DNA of 63,809 nt, the filler included, from Dicyema japonicum (taxonomy: Eukaryota; Animalia; Dicyemida): assembly GCA_011109175.1 (NCBI GenBank). It is 6 parts of 6 records of this genome, joined end to end, with 100 filler letters (N's around TTAATTAATTAA, not from the genome) between each part and the next. Parts side by side here need not be neighbours in the genome. Positions count along the whole stretch, not along the records: positions 26,487 to 54,826 come from RDEW01000080.1; 5 more parts are not named here. One strand, written 5' to 3'. The translations under genes were made by a program, and so were the position numbers. Below the pieces are notes generated by a model. That model worked only from the letters and a program-made list of their open reading frames with translations, searched no databases and was not told the origin of the DNA. Within the stretch, counting starts at the first letter, position 1; every line of letters begins with the position of its first letter. This document shows positions 26,490 through 39,095 of the stretch, in pieces.

Positions 26490-27160
26490 TTTTGTATAAT
26501 TTATTGTTTGAGATTTTTTTTGGCCAAGAATATCCAAGGAGTTTTCTTATTTGTTCTGTGTGAAATGAGTCGAGTTGTTCTATATCTTTCTTTGATGTTC
26601 CCTAAGTACCAGCGTTGTACATGAAAACTGGTTAGCTTCCGCAATAGACGGAATAAAAATTTATAGATTTAAGCCAACTCCCCTATCTTCAAATAAAATA
26701 GTCAGACAAACTTAATGATGATTACACTTGGTTAATGGCCAACATCAGTAAACATTTTTCAAGTTGTTTTTCGAAGTAGCCTTTTTCACAGTTCCTATTA
26801 GTTTATCAACATAAGCGAGTAATATAATTTAAAATGAAAATGAGAACTACATTATGGTATGCAGACATTGAGCATGGCATGGGAATTGCTCCCGATGTTT
26901 TGGAAGAGCAATCGGGCCTTTCCGGGCTCTCCATTTAGCAGTACTGCAAGAAACTGAATCAAACTGATGAAATTTACGTGCTAGGGCTAAGCACGCCATA
27001 TGGCTTAAAGAAAATCGGATGGTTCTTCGATTCTAAGGTTCATTGAATGATCGGGTAGAACCAAAATGTAAGGATAATTCGAAAAACATATCTAAAAAAT
27101 AATAAAGATATTGGAAAAAAAGGAAGGCATTATTACGTCAATGAGTGAAAGTCAATGTGT
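26490..27160. repeat. ~670-bp dispersed duplication (second copy ~47270-47976) containing an antisense RTE fragment and a short ORF
   Basis: Colinear similarity, e.g. ATTATGGTATGCAGACATTGAGCA and TAAGGTTCATTGAATGATCGGGTAGAACCAAAATGTAAGG in both copies. Confidence 0.85.
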
Positions 27161-27206
27161 TAAAAAGCTATGTGGATAATATTTAGGAATTTTTACAAAA
27201 AATCTA

Positions 27207-27325
27207 GTGTACGATCATACTCGGCCGTAGCACCCGTTCTCAGCCGACCACGGAAGTTAAGCGGTTATAGGCTGTGTAAGTACTTGGATGGGTGACCGCC
27301 TGGGAACTCACAGTGTCGTACTATT
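27207..27325 (+). rRNA. 5S rRNA: 5S rRNA gene (solitary copy)
   Basis: GTGTACGATCATAC...GAAGTTAAGCGG (box A)...TACTTGGATGGGTGACCGCCTGGGAA (box C)...GTGTCGTAC followed by TTTTT; ~119 nt with pairing termini. Confidence 0.9.
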
Positions 27326-27409
27326 TTTAGTATAAATTACTTTTAAGGAAAAAGCTTGATTTTAACTGACATCTTTTCCCTGTTGAGACTTGCTGGTTCC
27401 GCGTCTTTT

Positions 27410-27537
27410 TTTTAAGATAGCTTGGGTAATTGATTTCGAAAGTTAGCAATGAGCGTCGGGAAACCGAATGGTTGTTCCAAAGGATTTATCTTGATTTGTC
27501 AGTGGAAACCGCCATTCCATTCTATTAGCTGGATAAT
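27410..27537 (+). mobile_element. CRE-clade extreme 3' end fragment
   Basis: ERRETEWLFQRI...GNRHSILLAG*, matching the end of 49740-50354. Confidence 0.6.
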
Positions 27538-27689
27538 TTTGATTGTCTTGTTTCGTAATACATTGTTTTTTTGCAAGTTACATTTTCAAAAACACAAAAA
27601 TCAAAGTTGAGTTTCCTTATTAGGCATGCAAGATTATTCTGAATTTGATAAATTCAAGTTGCCGAGGATGCAACCTATGGTACCATGAT

Positions 27690-27990
27690 ATTCAAAAAGC
27701 TAACGGTTGCCGGGCAAGAGGCCTGAAGGTTGCAAGTTCGAATCCCGATACTGTACATTTCGGTTCAAGGTTCCACGCATCTCTATGCTTTGCTTGACTA
27801 GTGGCGCCGTCATCATTTAACATTTCACTGCGGAACTGGATCGTCTATATAACATATACCCAACAGAAAGAAAACAAAAGAAGTAAAGACCATTCCTTGG
27901 TTCTCCATAATTAGTCATGATAACTGTTCTTTGCTCTTCTGGAATTGAAAGTTTGTTCAAAATAAAGTGTGTGTTCTGCCTGAGCGATAG
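27690..27990 (+). mobile_element. tRNA-derived SINE (related copies ~30315-30480 and ~52865-52990; tail shared with 43670-43845)
   Basis: B-box GTTCGAATCC at 27736-45; second copy has A-box-like TAGCTCAGTT and GTTAGAATC; shared body AAGGTTCCACGCATCT...TTGAC.AGTGGCGCCGT. Confidence 0.65.
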
Positions 27991-28239
27991 CTGATATGGC
28001 TTCTCGAAAAGTGCATTGTTTTTTTACCGCCTTGCTATATTTAACTTAACAATAATTTGAGCGCGCCTAAGACAAGTTGGATGAAAGCCCTAAATGAATA
28101 ATTTTTAAATTTTTCATTTAATTACTTCATTTAACGCATCTGCCTAGGCTATATTTAGAAGTTTCGGCAAAACTCATATGTGAACTTTAAAATTATCACG
28201 CAGGTAAAACTCATGTGTGAACTATAAAATTTAAGTATC

Positions 28240-29130
28240 TACGAAAGAGGGGACATCAGAGTAGCTTTACAAAGAATCGTGTTGAATCCAAAGCAAGATA
28301 CCCCCCTCGACTCCACGGCATAGTTTTCTGGCCTCTTGCCATTATCTTGTCAAGACCGACGGGTTCCATACGAAAGAGGGGACATCAGAGTAGCGTTACA
28401 AAGAATCATGTTGAATCCAAAGCAAGATACCCCCCTCGACTCCGTAGCATAGTTTTCTGGCCTCTTGCCATTATCTTGTCAATACCGACGGGTTCCAAAA
28501 TGCAAGTATACCAGGCGTCTTCTATAGCTCTCATGACTGTCAAGTTTAACATGGTATGACGAGGGAATCTCCTGGAGCTCAATCTGGATGACAGCAGGTG
28601 AGTCCTTTCCAGTCAAAAATGCCACCACATTGGCATCGATGTTAAAGGGAGACGTCAAGACCTAGCCAAAGAGCAGCTCCAACACGGATTGTATTCCCGC
28701 CAAGCAGAGCCATGGAAGGCATTGAGCCAGGACTCTGAATTCTCAGCAGACGCTGTATTCAGACATGTGTGACGAAGCGTATCTGCTGACCTTCCAAGTT
28801 AATCTAGCTTTTTTAAACAAAGGATTTCATCCCAGTTCTTTTGAGAGATAAAGTTCTTCGGAACACCAAAACCGTTTGCAGTCCACTGCTGGACAACCGC
28901 TTCAAATAGAGGCCAGACTCAATCCGTGGCAGGAACATAAAATTGAGTTGGCCAAGACATGGTAGCTTGCGAAAGACGACAGGTAGCATGGAATGGCCAA
29001 ATTGGCAGGAGACCTCAGACCTATTCACCCAACTCTTATCTGTAGCTTTCCTTGGTAACTGACCTTCAGTCGTCTGTTTGATAAGATCCTCCTGAGATTT
29101 AAGAGAATCAGACTCATGGAAACAAGTGGA
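28240..29130 (-). mobile_element. Degenerate CRE-clade element C-terminal region with an internal ~130-bp tandem duplication
   Basis: SQKNWDE, SESWLNA, DNGKRPE motifs on the minus strand. Confidence 0.55.
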
Positions 29131-29949
29131 AGAAGATAAAATTAATCACAAAATTCATTAAAAATTAAAAAATAGTCATAAATTAGCATATATATTTGAA
29201 AATTAATTTGAATAAGGTCAACGATTAAAATAAATGAAATTATTAAAAATTTAAAAAATGAAAAAAATTAACCTCGATTTACTACAAGCTGAAATTAAAT
29301 TATTAACCCCAGTTTCGCTAACATATAAGAAACTGGCGACCTGATGTTCATTTATTATCTACATAAAAATTTAATTGAATAAATATTATAAAAATTATTT
29401 TTATAATATTAAAATTATAATATTTTTTTTATTGGCGAACAAAACTAAATGATTCGATATAACATCACAATTATGTTAGTAAGTGCTCATTTACCTGAAT
29501 GACGGAAGAGGAGAAGGAACTAAGGAAATCGATAATGATATATAGGTTTGGGGGCTTTACAGGTGCTGGTGATGATCAATCTCGGGAATTGTTAGAGAGA
29601 TCAAATTGGAATCATGAAGTACCATTTTATTTCAAAAACCTAGAAAGCCCTCTCTGAATTTATAAAGGGAAGAGAATCAACCGATGACTTATTTCGTTAT
29701 TCTAGCCTTCTCCACGAGGAAGGCGTTCATAACAACAGCCCAGTTTCTCCTTCCAGTTTGTCTGAAGCGTTAAAAAATAGGACACGTTAACCTTTAAATT
29801 TGTTATTAATTATATGAATTCATTTGTGTACACGTGTCTCTTATGTAATGTTATATAATTAGCCGCGTGGCGCCATGTGGTGCTTCGTGGCTTTCCCTTC
29901 TCACTGAGAAATGCTTGATTTGGATGGGACCTGCACCGAAACCTTTTCC

Positions 29950-30170
29950 CAGTCGAGATTTACTGGTTCCACGTTGAAAGCTGGAAAGACTGCTCGGACT
30001 TTCAAGAATTTCAAGATAAAAAATGCGACAGTCTCGCCACCAGATTCCATGTACAACCCGTTGTCGTAGAGAAGAGCGGAGTCTTTGGGTACAAGACGGT
30101 CTTTTTTCTAAGATCGCTTGGGTCAATGATATCGAAAGTGACTAATGAGTAGGGCAACTTTTGCCATAAA
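29950..30170 (+). mobile_element. CRE-clade 3' end fragment (similar fragments ~36400-36480, ~53460-53660, ~54575-54826)
   Basis: RFHVQPVVVEKSGVFG.KTVFFLRSLG. Confidence 0.6.
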
Positions 30171-33100
30171 ATGCCATTTTCATTACCAACTCGAGAGACA
30201 AAGGTCATTTTTATTAATGAGAAGGGGTCGCCCATCCATCATTGTCGGGAGCGCAATAGACACACTGTATGCCGCGGAAAAAACAATGAAAGTATTACTA
30301 TCAGCAGTTTTAAAGTATAGCTCAGTTTAATAAGTTCCGGACCAAAATATAAGAGGTTCCGTGTTAGAATCTCGCTGCTGTCTATTCAATTGAAGGTTCC
30401 ACGCATCTACGATGCTTCTGGGTTGACGAGTGGCGCCGTTTGAAGGTTCCGTCATCATTGATTCATCACTGAGAAGCAGGATTTTAAATATCAAAGAAAC
30501 CCAATATTATATATTTAGTCAATCCACACAATAAAAAGAGTAAGTTTTTCACAAGACCAATAGACTACGTCATCATGAATTAGAACGAAATAAGCAGGCT
30601 ACCACCACGTCTTTTTGATTAGTCAGTCCCCAGTAATAAGATAATAGAGTCAATTATGAGCTTTAAGTCTTGAAACATGTCAAGCATACGTTTATTAGAT
30701 AAGCACGTAGATCGAGGACCCTACTATTGATCCCGTTTTCTTTTTTTCTTTGGTATGATGGTATTTTCAAAGAAGCTGAGGAAAAAATGGAATACGTCCC
30801 CAGTGAGTTGTCTCTAGGTGGTGATGAGAGAATGGTCCTTTTTCTAAGTACATTGGAGCCCTTCTGACGATACCATAACTTAGAGCCGGTGAACCATATT
30901 ATTAATGAACTTTCGCTATGTCACGGTCATAGCAAAGCACGTATAAAAAGAGAAACTAACAGCAGCTTTTCCTCCTCCAGTTACTCTAGTCGCACATAAT
31001 CCACTTGGTACATGCAGGCAGTATTGCAGATGAATAAATCATTCGCTTGGCAGAATTTAGCAAGTATGGTTCATTGTATGTTGTTTCTCACTTACCTTCC
31101 TTCCTATGAAGGTTTTCTCCACGCAATCCGAGTGCGACTTTGGCATTAAGAACTATTAAAATAAATACTAAGGAATGTATCCGATCTCGACTTTATATTT
31201 TTTTAGTTTTTATCTTCCAAATTTTTTCTAGTCATCTAACATTGAACGTAAGGACATTAATGCTAGTTGCAGCTAGTTTCTTGGGTTTTACAGACATTTT
31301 TATTAGCCACGTCACTAGCTCAACCAAAAAATAAACTACCACCTAAAAATTAAAATTTTGTAACAACATCGTCAGAAAATATATTTGATTCATTTTAATA
31401 AAACCACAGAAATCAATAAAAAATGATTTGATTTAAATCCGTAAAAATAAAACAGGGTTATTCTAGAATTATTAATAATTTAGTAAAAATTACTATTCTA
31501 AATGTTTCAGTAATTTTTAAAAAATTAAAATATGACTATTTTCAGTTATTGGCTGAGGTGGTGACGTTCCTCAATTAGATGTATTTGTAAAACACACCAA
31601 TGAGAAATCGTACTTATCAAAAAACAAGACCTATACACAATTTGTAAATCGAAGCACATATATAAAATTATTACTAAGACCCGATGGGGATTATTTGGGC
31701 ACATATTATGGATGAATCATGCCATCCCTGCTTACGATGTTATGCAATCATATTTCTGCTCGGCTGGCTTTAGAGGGAAACCACGAACAATGAACATCGA
31801 TCTAAAACATGTTAAAATAGCATTAGAAGACGCAAATGATCTAGACAGCTCGAGAGCATGGAGAAGTCTAACAGAGCGAATCATCTGGGGGTTGCACAAG
31901 CGACGGCAGGGTATAACTGTTTTATTGGGAATGTTAATTGCTTAGAAAGATGAGATGGTCACGTACCTTGATTTCACAGAATGTCTAATAGCTTCATGAC
32001 TGATAAATAGCATTGTCTTCCTCCTCATCAGAATAGATAAAGAAACGGAGCCAGAGGACATCGAAATCCCAATATGTTGAATCAAGGAAGTGCTGGAAAC
32101 ATCGAATATTTGGATTCAAATTCCTTTGATGCTTAATTAAAGTATCTTAGAGAATCATCTGTCAAAAGCAGCACGTGTACAGTCAAGCGAGCAATTTAAA
32201 AATTTAATTACTAGTCGAATGCTAAAGAAGCAAGTTAATTCCAAATTACATCGGAGAATTTCACCAAACACATCAGCGAATGTTATCACGGAAAACTATA
32301 CTTCTCGGACGTCCATGTACAATGCTTCCTGAAATTCTTAATGCCGATCTTAGCCTTGTAAATAAAGCACTACTGGACACAAAGATATTTGAACTGTTTG
32401 GCGTCGAATAAAAAAAGTTGTTATGACGTCTCCAGTGGGAGATACCTTTCAGTTGGGAGATACCTTTCATAATCTTGATCCCAATGTTCTGGAAAAGCCA
32501 TTATGTGACAAGCAATGCTTATTTTAGATTATTTATATTCAACTTTCACGCCTCACTATTTCTCATGAGGAGCAGTCTCACTATACAGGTGCTTGCATAA
32601 ATTCTTAAAGCGGTTCCCTATTTTTACAAACAGACGTACCTACGGTGTCCTTGGCTTGCCCGTTTCTGGAGCTTTACCAGCCCAAACGGATCACTGGAAG
32701 AGTTTCTAAACGACGATTTTGTTAGAATTGGATTTTCATTACTCCTTAGACTTAATTAAACCATATTCTGTCGATGCGGTGATCAGATCGATAGTTTTGG
32801 TCAACGTCCACTCGCTTGTAAAGAGTGCTGGAAGGTCTCTAAGATACTAAGCCCTAACGAAGTCGCCAAAGGGGCTATAGATGCTGCCGGATATCCGTCT
32901 TTGCTCGAACTTGTCGGTTTGTGTAGGAAGATGTCTATCTTTCAGTTTGAATCTGGAAAGCTTCTGGTCAGAGACATTACCTGCACGGATACCTTCCCCG
33001 CAAACCACATTCACCAAAGCGCACTTGGGTAACTGAGAAGCCAAAATGTTGCGAAAAAAAAGTATTCTAGCATGCTAAGTGACTGATGTTCGCTCCTATT

Positions 33101-33539
33101 GCTTATTTTAACATAAACAATCAATGATAGGAGCGGGAATAATAGTTAATATGCTAATATGTCTTCGTTCTTACATCTAATTCTCAAGGTCTCAGAGACC
33201 TCAGTCTACATCTTGAAGTCTTTGGCGATCGTTGAAGAACTTATTTTCAACACCAAAAATAATCCCAGTACTTCGTGACAGCTTTGTGTCTTGAGAATCC
33301 AAAAGTTCGATTTCTATTCCACCACCGAATGTCTCACGAACGTCAAATTAGATGACCGAGGGGAGACAAAACAAATTCCATTCGCTTAGGCAGCAATGTA
33401 TGAGATTAATTTACAAACCTTAAAAAATAGTAGAAATTCCATCAAACACTAAATCGAAACCGACACAAAAGCATCCATCATGGTATTTTTCACCGAAAGA
33501 TGTAGCGTCGGAAATTTCTCGATTAAAGAACACACATTC

Positions 33540-34300
33540 CTGAATGTTAAACGGGATCTCAGCAATCCTGTTGAAAAATTGGTCACTGTGGCTGATTCTT
33601 CACTAACGAGCATTTTCAATTCAATCTTCGCTATATGAAAACAATCTATTATTCATCCAATCCTGAAGCCTGGGAAACCAAAGGAAGACCCCTGCTCCTA
33701 GAGACCGATGTCGCTTTTGTGTGTGCAGACAAGAATCCCAGAAAGATTGGTTATGACACTCATCCGCCCTTCCCTCCCAGACGCATGGCTTGAAAGAGTG
33801 AGCGTCGACTGTCTTTGACACCTAAATACATTAAAGGAATTCATAACAGATTACCTAAACAAAAGACGATTGTCTGCTCGGTTGACATATTTTACTCTGT
33901 TCCGAGGAAGATCACCACAAACAAAATTAATTCAAATTTGAAGTTATGGGGAATTTCTTGAGTACGTCACGGTAATCAAAGTTTTTCAACCTGACTATTA
34001 TTACCAAATGGGATTCCTCAGAGTTCCCCATTATCTCCCGTCATATACAATCTTATTACGAATGACCTAACAATTCCACAAGATGACGACAAATTACGGT
34101 CTTACGCGGATGATAAAGTTGTTGCATCAAGGAATGTGAGTATTATTGACGCTAAGATTACAGGAGAGCCTGAATACTCTAAGTTTGTAGCTTTATGGAA
34201 AAAAATAGAAAGCGAGTCCTTAAAAGTCTGTTTTACCCTTTTCACGTCAAACAGAAGACCGAATATAAATCTTTCATATTGGAAATACGAATAGTGTTTG
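33540..34300 (+). mobile_element. Highly degenerate non-LTR RT fragment
   Basis: ILKPGKP, NGIPQSSPLSP, YADDKVVASR across shifting frames. Confidence 0.6.
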
Positions 34301-36559
34301 TCTTTCTAATGCATTCTTAAAGCATTTTTTTAACGAAAGCTCCCGTTTTTCAATCTCAAGTGCAGGGAGTCCACCATAAAAATGTTAAAATGCAGACTAA
34401 GGGCGAGTTTTAGAGAAAGTCCTTTATTTCAAAACAATCTTTTGAGAGATATAAAGTACATTCTTCAAGAGCGATTTTCTCCGTATAAGGATGTTTGAGA
34501 AAGAATTTCAGTGTCCTTCCTGAGATATATTTGATTCTGTTAGCAAATTTTAGAAAATTATGTCCACGATGTCGACATCCTGTGTCTAGTTTAAAAGGTA
34601 GAGGTAATTAGTATTTCTTGTTGCGTGAACAATCACCACCAGGTTTTAACACGATGACGTTTGATCCATCACAGCCACACCATGCCTGCGCATCAGACAT
34701 TGGTTTGCAATATTTGAGTTCTTGAGTCACTTTTTATGGAGGTCTGCTAAATTTAGAACCAGATCCACCAATTCCGTTAAATTTGAATGTCTCTGTAATT
34801 CAATATGAGACTCCGACAATGTAGGTAAGTTCTTTGAATGACTGATGAATCAGGCCAGGTATTGGTGACCAATCTCGTCTTTTTTACACTCGACTGTGGG
34901 TGGTCTCTCAGCAGTATTGTCCGAATTTACTAGTCGTTAGGACTGCGATCTGTGCAGGTAGTGTAGAGACGACCTCAATAACGCGTTATTACGTTCAAGA
35001 TTTTCCTGTGCGATAGAGGGGAGCTAAGTAGATGGCATCCTCAGCAATGATAATAATTTTCAGGGGGAGAAAAGCAGATATCGTCGGTAGCGCTTAAGAA
35101 GAGTCTTCTTTATGATCTCGCATTTGCAAGGATTTGACTCCAGTCAATGTCCAGAAAGAGTTAACCGGACCTCTGTCGTCACAGTTTTCTATTTTCGTCC
35201 AATGGTAGGTACTTATTATCTTATCCCGAAAATAGGACCACTAAGAAAAAAAGAGTTAAACCATCTAATTAAGTGATCCCGGTAGACCTCAACAGGATCT
35301 AGAGTTTTTTTCTGTGCTTTTCCATATAACCACAGCTTTTCTGAATCCACGACGTTCCTATTTAATGAGAATTTGGGGAGGCGTGGGTTTTTTTCTCAAT
35401 TTACGTGTACCACCGTGCGAAACATTACTTTTCAAAAATTCTTGAGCAAGATTTTCCATTTCATTTTTAAAATATGTCGTGTATATACAAATTAAAAAGT
35501 TTTGGTTGGGATCCTTGAGACACCCGATTTGAGTGAAAGCGTGTCCTTGATTTGAGAGGAAGTGCATAGATGTTAACAAGAGACAATTTTCCTTAAGGAA
35601 GTTATAGTCCAATAAACTTTTTATTGTTGATTAAAATTTTGTCATTTTCCTAATACATCACGATTGTCACAGGTGAATTTATCATTTCCAATGAATTTAC
35701 TTGTAGATAATTATCTTCAGGCTTTTCCTGATTAATGTGAGAAGAATTCCTCCACCATATTATGTTAAACCAATGAAAAAGGGGCGTCATTAGCTGATAG
35801 GTGGATTGTGTGACTTAACATGTGTGGAAGTAGATAAGTCCGTATGAACCCGCATCCGTTTAGTTCTCTGTATTTCGACGTGAACTTTACCCTCTTGACA
35901 AAGCGGCCGTTTTTATTAACAACATTATCCTGGAATCTATGACTTTCTAAAAAAGAAAGCCAGTTATACCAATGGACACGGAATTATGGCTCTAGTCAAA
36001 TAAAGAAATCGTCTCAAAATTGGGGAAGACTTTCTTTCGATGCAAGGCTTCATCTAAAATCTTATAGCAATGAAATAAAAGCGAGTGAATTTCAAAATAC
36101 AGACAACAAAATTAAAGCAAATTCTTCTCCAATGAAAGTGCTAATGCAATAATTATAAATTCTAAATTTGATTAATTTTTTAATTTTTTTATTCAAATAA
36201 AATAAATTTTAACTATAAGTTATCGTCTCAAATATGTTTCTACTCCTAGATAGCTGACTCATTGAGCGTATTTCTTAGCAAATAGTAAGCGGGAATGTGC
36301 TCTCATTCATGAGTGCAGCCACTTAGATCATTTTAATTAGTTTTTTTAATTAACGTTTATTTAAAAGTAGCAATTAATAATTTATTAACACAGCCATCCA
36401 CCAAAGTGGTCCCCGCCGAGATATTCGACGTGGCGTTGCCTCTCACGATTGTAACAGAGATCATCTGGAAAAGCCATTAGCTGTTTTGTTTTTTGATGCC
36501 GAGGGTGGACGGCAAAAATCAGGTTGGGGTAGGACTAACTAACTACACTAGTTCTTCTG

Positions 36560-38712
36560 GAGGTGCCGAAGGTGGGAGTTTTCAAACTCTTATGCGGCAT
36601 AGGACTTCGGAGATGCTATGCCAAAGGAAGGATCGTCAAACGAGGAGAATCCCACTTGTTGGTGGGATTCAGGAACGAGGTGGACACCTCAGCTTTTGAA
36701 CCTGAGGTTAATGATAAGGTACCTTTTTGGCCCGGGGCAGATAACATGTTTCGGGTCATCCTCAAGGAAACTGACTCAGTAGTGCTAGTCTTCGGGATCC
36801 CCCTGGACTTCGGAGATGATGATGTACTAGATCACATCAAGAAAGACTACCCCACGGCACACAAGATCGAGCGCTTCAAGAGTGGGAGCAGGAGGCTTTA
36901 GACTTTGAAGGTTTGGCTTCGATCAGGAGCAGAGGCAGAGAGGATCTGCCTAGAGAAGGTACGAATTGGTTACTTTAGGTTCGGTGTGGCCCGAGAGCGA
37001 CCGGTAGCAATCTAATGCTACAGATGCCAGGGATTCGGCCACACCAGCCCTCGGCACTATAAAGAGAAGTGACTAAATTGCTGGGTCACACGTTTACAGA
37101 AGGCCTGTCAATCCAAAATCAGGTCTCTCAAGTGCGTGAACTGTGGAGAGGAAGGACACAGAACGAGTCACTCGAAATGCTCCCTGATTCATAAGGCTAC
37201 AGAGAAGGTACTACAGGGGAGAAGGCAGACGCCCTTCTCTGAAGTGGCCAGCGATGTAAGCGCTGTCCACCGTGTGGTAAGTCTAGCAGCAGTCGTCCAA
37301 GGTATATCCCAGTGCCCTCATTGCGAGCTTATATTATTACGCGTTAGGCTTCTTAGTTTTACTATTGTTATTGGGGCAATGTATGCCAAGCAGTTGTGGT
37401 TGTGTAAGAATCACATTAAAACTGCCTTCGACATATATCCCAATTGAGTTATTTTTGGCGATCTAAATGCTAAGCATTTGGATTTTGCCTGCTTTACTAA
37501 TAACAGAGGGGGATCGGCACTGCGGAACCTAGCGGAGGATCTTGGGTTCTCCGTTACTACATCAACGGATCCTAACCACAAGTATTCAAGAGGAGGAGAG
37601 GATTACCTGGGAATGGCAGTAGCCTCTCCATCGTTAATTGGTATGCTTTCTGTACCTCGTGTTCTTAGGGACATCGGAATCGATTACCGTACCCTACTCA
37701 CCGAGCTTCACGAACCTGTTCGATCTCAGGCCCCAATTGGCTACGACTTGGGCTCTGGCACTTGGGATAACCTGGAGACGTTCATGGATAGAAAACTCCC
37801 TTCTCTCAAAGGGCAAGTTTGCAATGAAGAAGACGTGGAGGAAATGGATGCCACCCTGCGTGATATCCTTGAGGAATACATGCGGACTAACTTCCGGTTA
37901 ACTCCGCATGATGAAAGCTTCTCGCGGATTACAGGCCTGATTTTAAGTAAAATAATACTTAGAAAGAGGTACTTGAGATTCCGCTCGAAGTGCGTGTTCG
38001 AAGAAGATAGGACCTACTACAAGAATAGAGCGAACATTCTGAAGAGGGAAATCAAGAAGGGTCTTTTGACTTCCAGAGTAATAAATGGAGGATGGCATGC
38101 GAGAGGGTGAACCCCGCATGGCCGGACTTCTGGAGTCAACTCAAGCGACTATCGGGCAGAGGGTAAGCGTCGTCTGCATGTACCTTGAGTCGTGCGGATA
38201 AATCTAAAACCTCGGACCCGACCGAAATTGCATAATGAGAGACACCCTCTCGGACCTTCAGATGGGATTCCGTAAGGGGTGTTCCTTTGGGGACTGCCTC
38301 TGGAGGTTGAGCTCTCATCCGCAACCACTGGAATCTGAGGCAGTGCACAGCCGCTGATCCTGGATGTGGAGAGGGCGTTCGACTCGGTCTGGCATGACGG
38401 CTTTGTTGAAGGAGGAATTCCCCTGGAACTAAGGAGTTGGTTATCAAGCTTCTTAGAGGATCAAACAAACTACGTGAGACATAAAGGTTGCCGATCCAGT
38501 TTGTTTAGATCTAACCGGGAAGTTCCACAAGGGTCGGTTTTGACCTCAACCTTTTTTAACAGATACTTGTCGACATTCTTTCACCCAGCCAATGTTAGGA
38601 TGGAGATGGATGTCCATGCTGATGACATAGTACTCTGAGATCACTCGTGGAGACCAGATGTGGCGTGTGGGAGGATGTAAGTCTCCGTTGATGAAATCAT
38701 AGGCTGGTGTTA
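36560..38712 (+). mobile_element. Jockey/I/R1-group LINE: ORF1 with CCHC knuckles, ORF2 APE endonuclease and RT (degenerate, deleted)
   Basis: CYRCQGFGH, CVNCGEEGH; IFGDLNAKH; LDVERAFDSVWH, VPQGSVL, HADD. Confidence 0.8.
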
Positions 38713-38714
38713 AA

Positions 38715-39095
38715 CAATTGTAATCAAGTTGCTATTCAAAACTATAAGTGGAGAAAAGAATTCGTCTGACTTTTCTTCTGTATCCAATTTTTTCTCTGAT
38801 TATGATAACTGTTTGGAAACTGTAGGAAGTGAAAATATTTTCAACTGTGATGAAACAGTTTTATACATAAAGCGAACGCCGTCGAAATCTTTTGTTCAAT
38901 TTAATGACAAATGTAATGGAATTAAAAAGAGTAAAGAGAAGGTTTCTCTTCTCCTTTGTTGTAATGCACTTGGTGAAAAGTTAAAACCTCTATTAATTGG
39001 AAAATTCAAATCTCCTCGGTGTTTAAAAAATTTTAACACCTAGGATCACGGAGTATTATATGCTGCCTCAAAAAATTCGTGGATGACTAGTGAGA
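38715..39095 (+). mobile_element. Tigger/pogo DDE transposase fragment
   Basis: IFNCDET, KKSKEKVSLLLCCNALGEKLKPLLIGKFKSPRC, SWMT. Confidence 0.85.

Noticed and set aside
27690-27760. tRNA gene
   Set aside because: A B-box is present but there is no complete cloverleaf; better explained as a SINE head.
31550-32330. Coding-like stretch, possible host gene remnant (also ~61080-61670 and ~62190-62880)
   Set aside because: Multiple stops and no recognisable domain.
34400-35230. Possible LTR-retrotransposon protease (FKLDTG) on the minus strand; also a weak integrase-like remnant at ~44670-45350
   Set aside because: Single short motifs in very degenerate sequence, with no LTRs or supporting domains.
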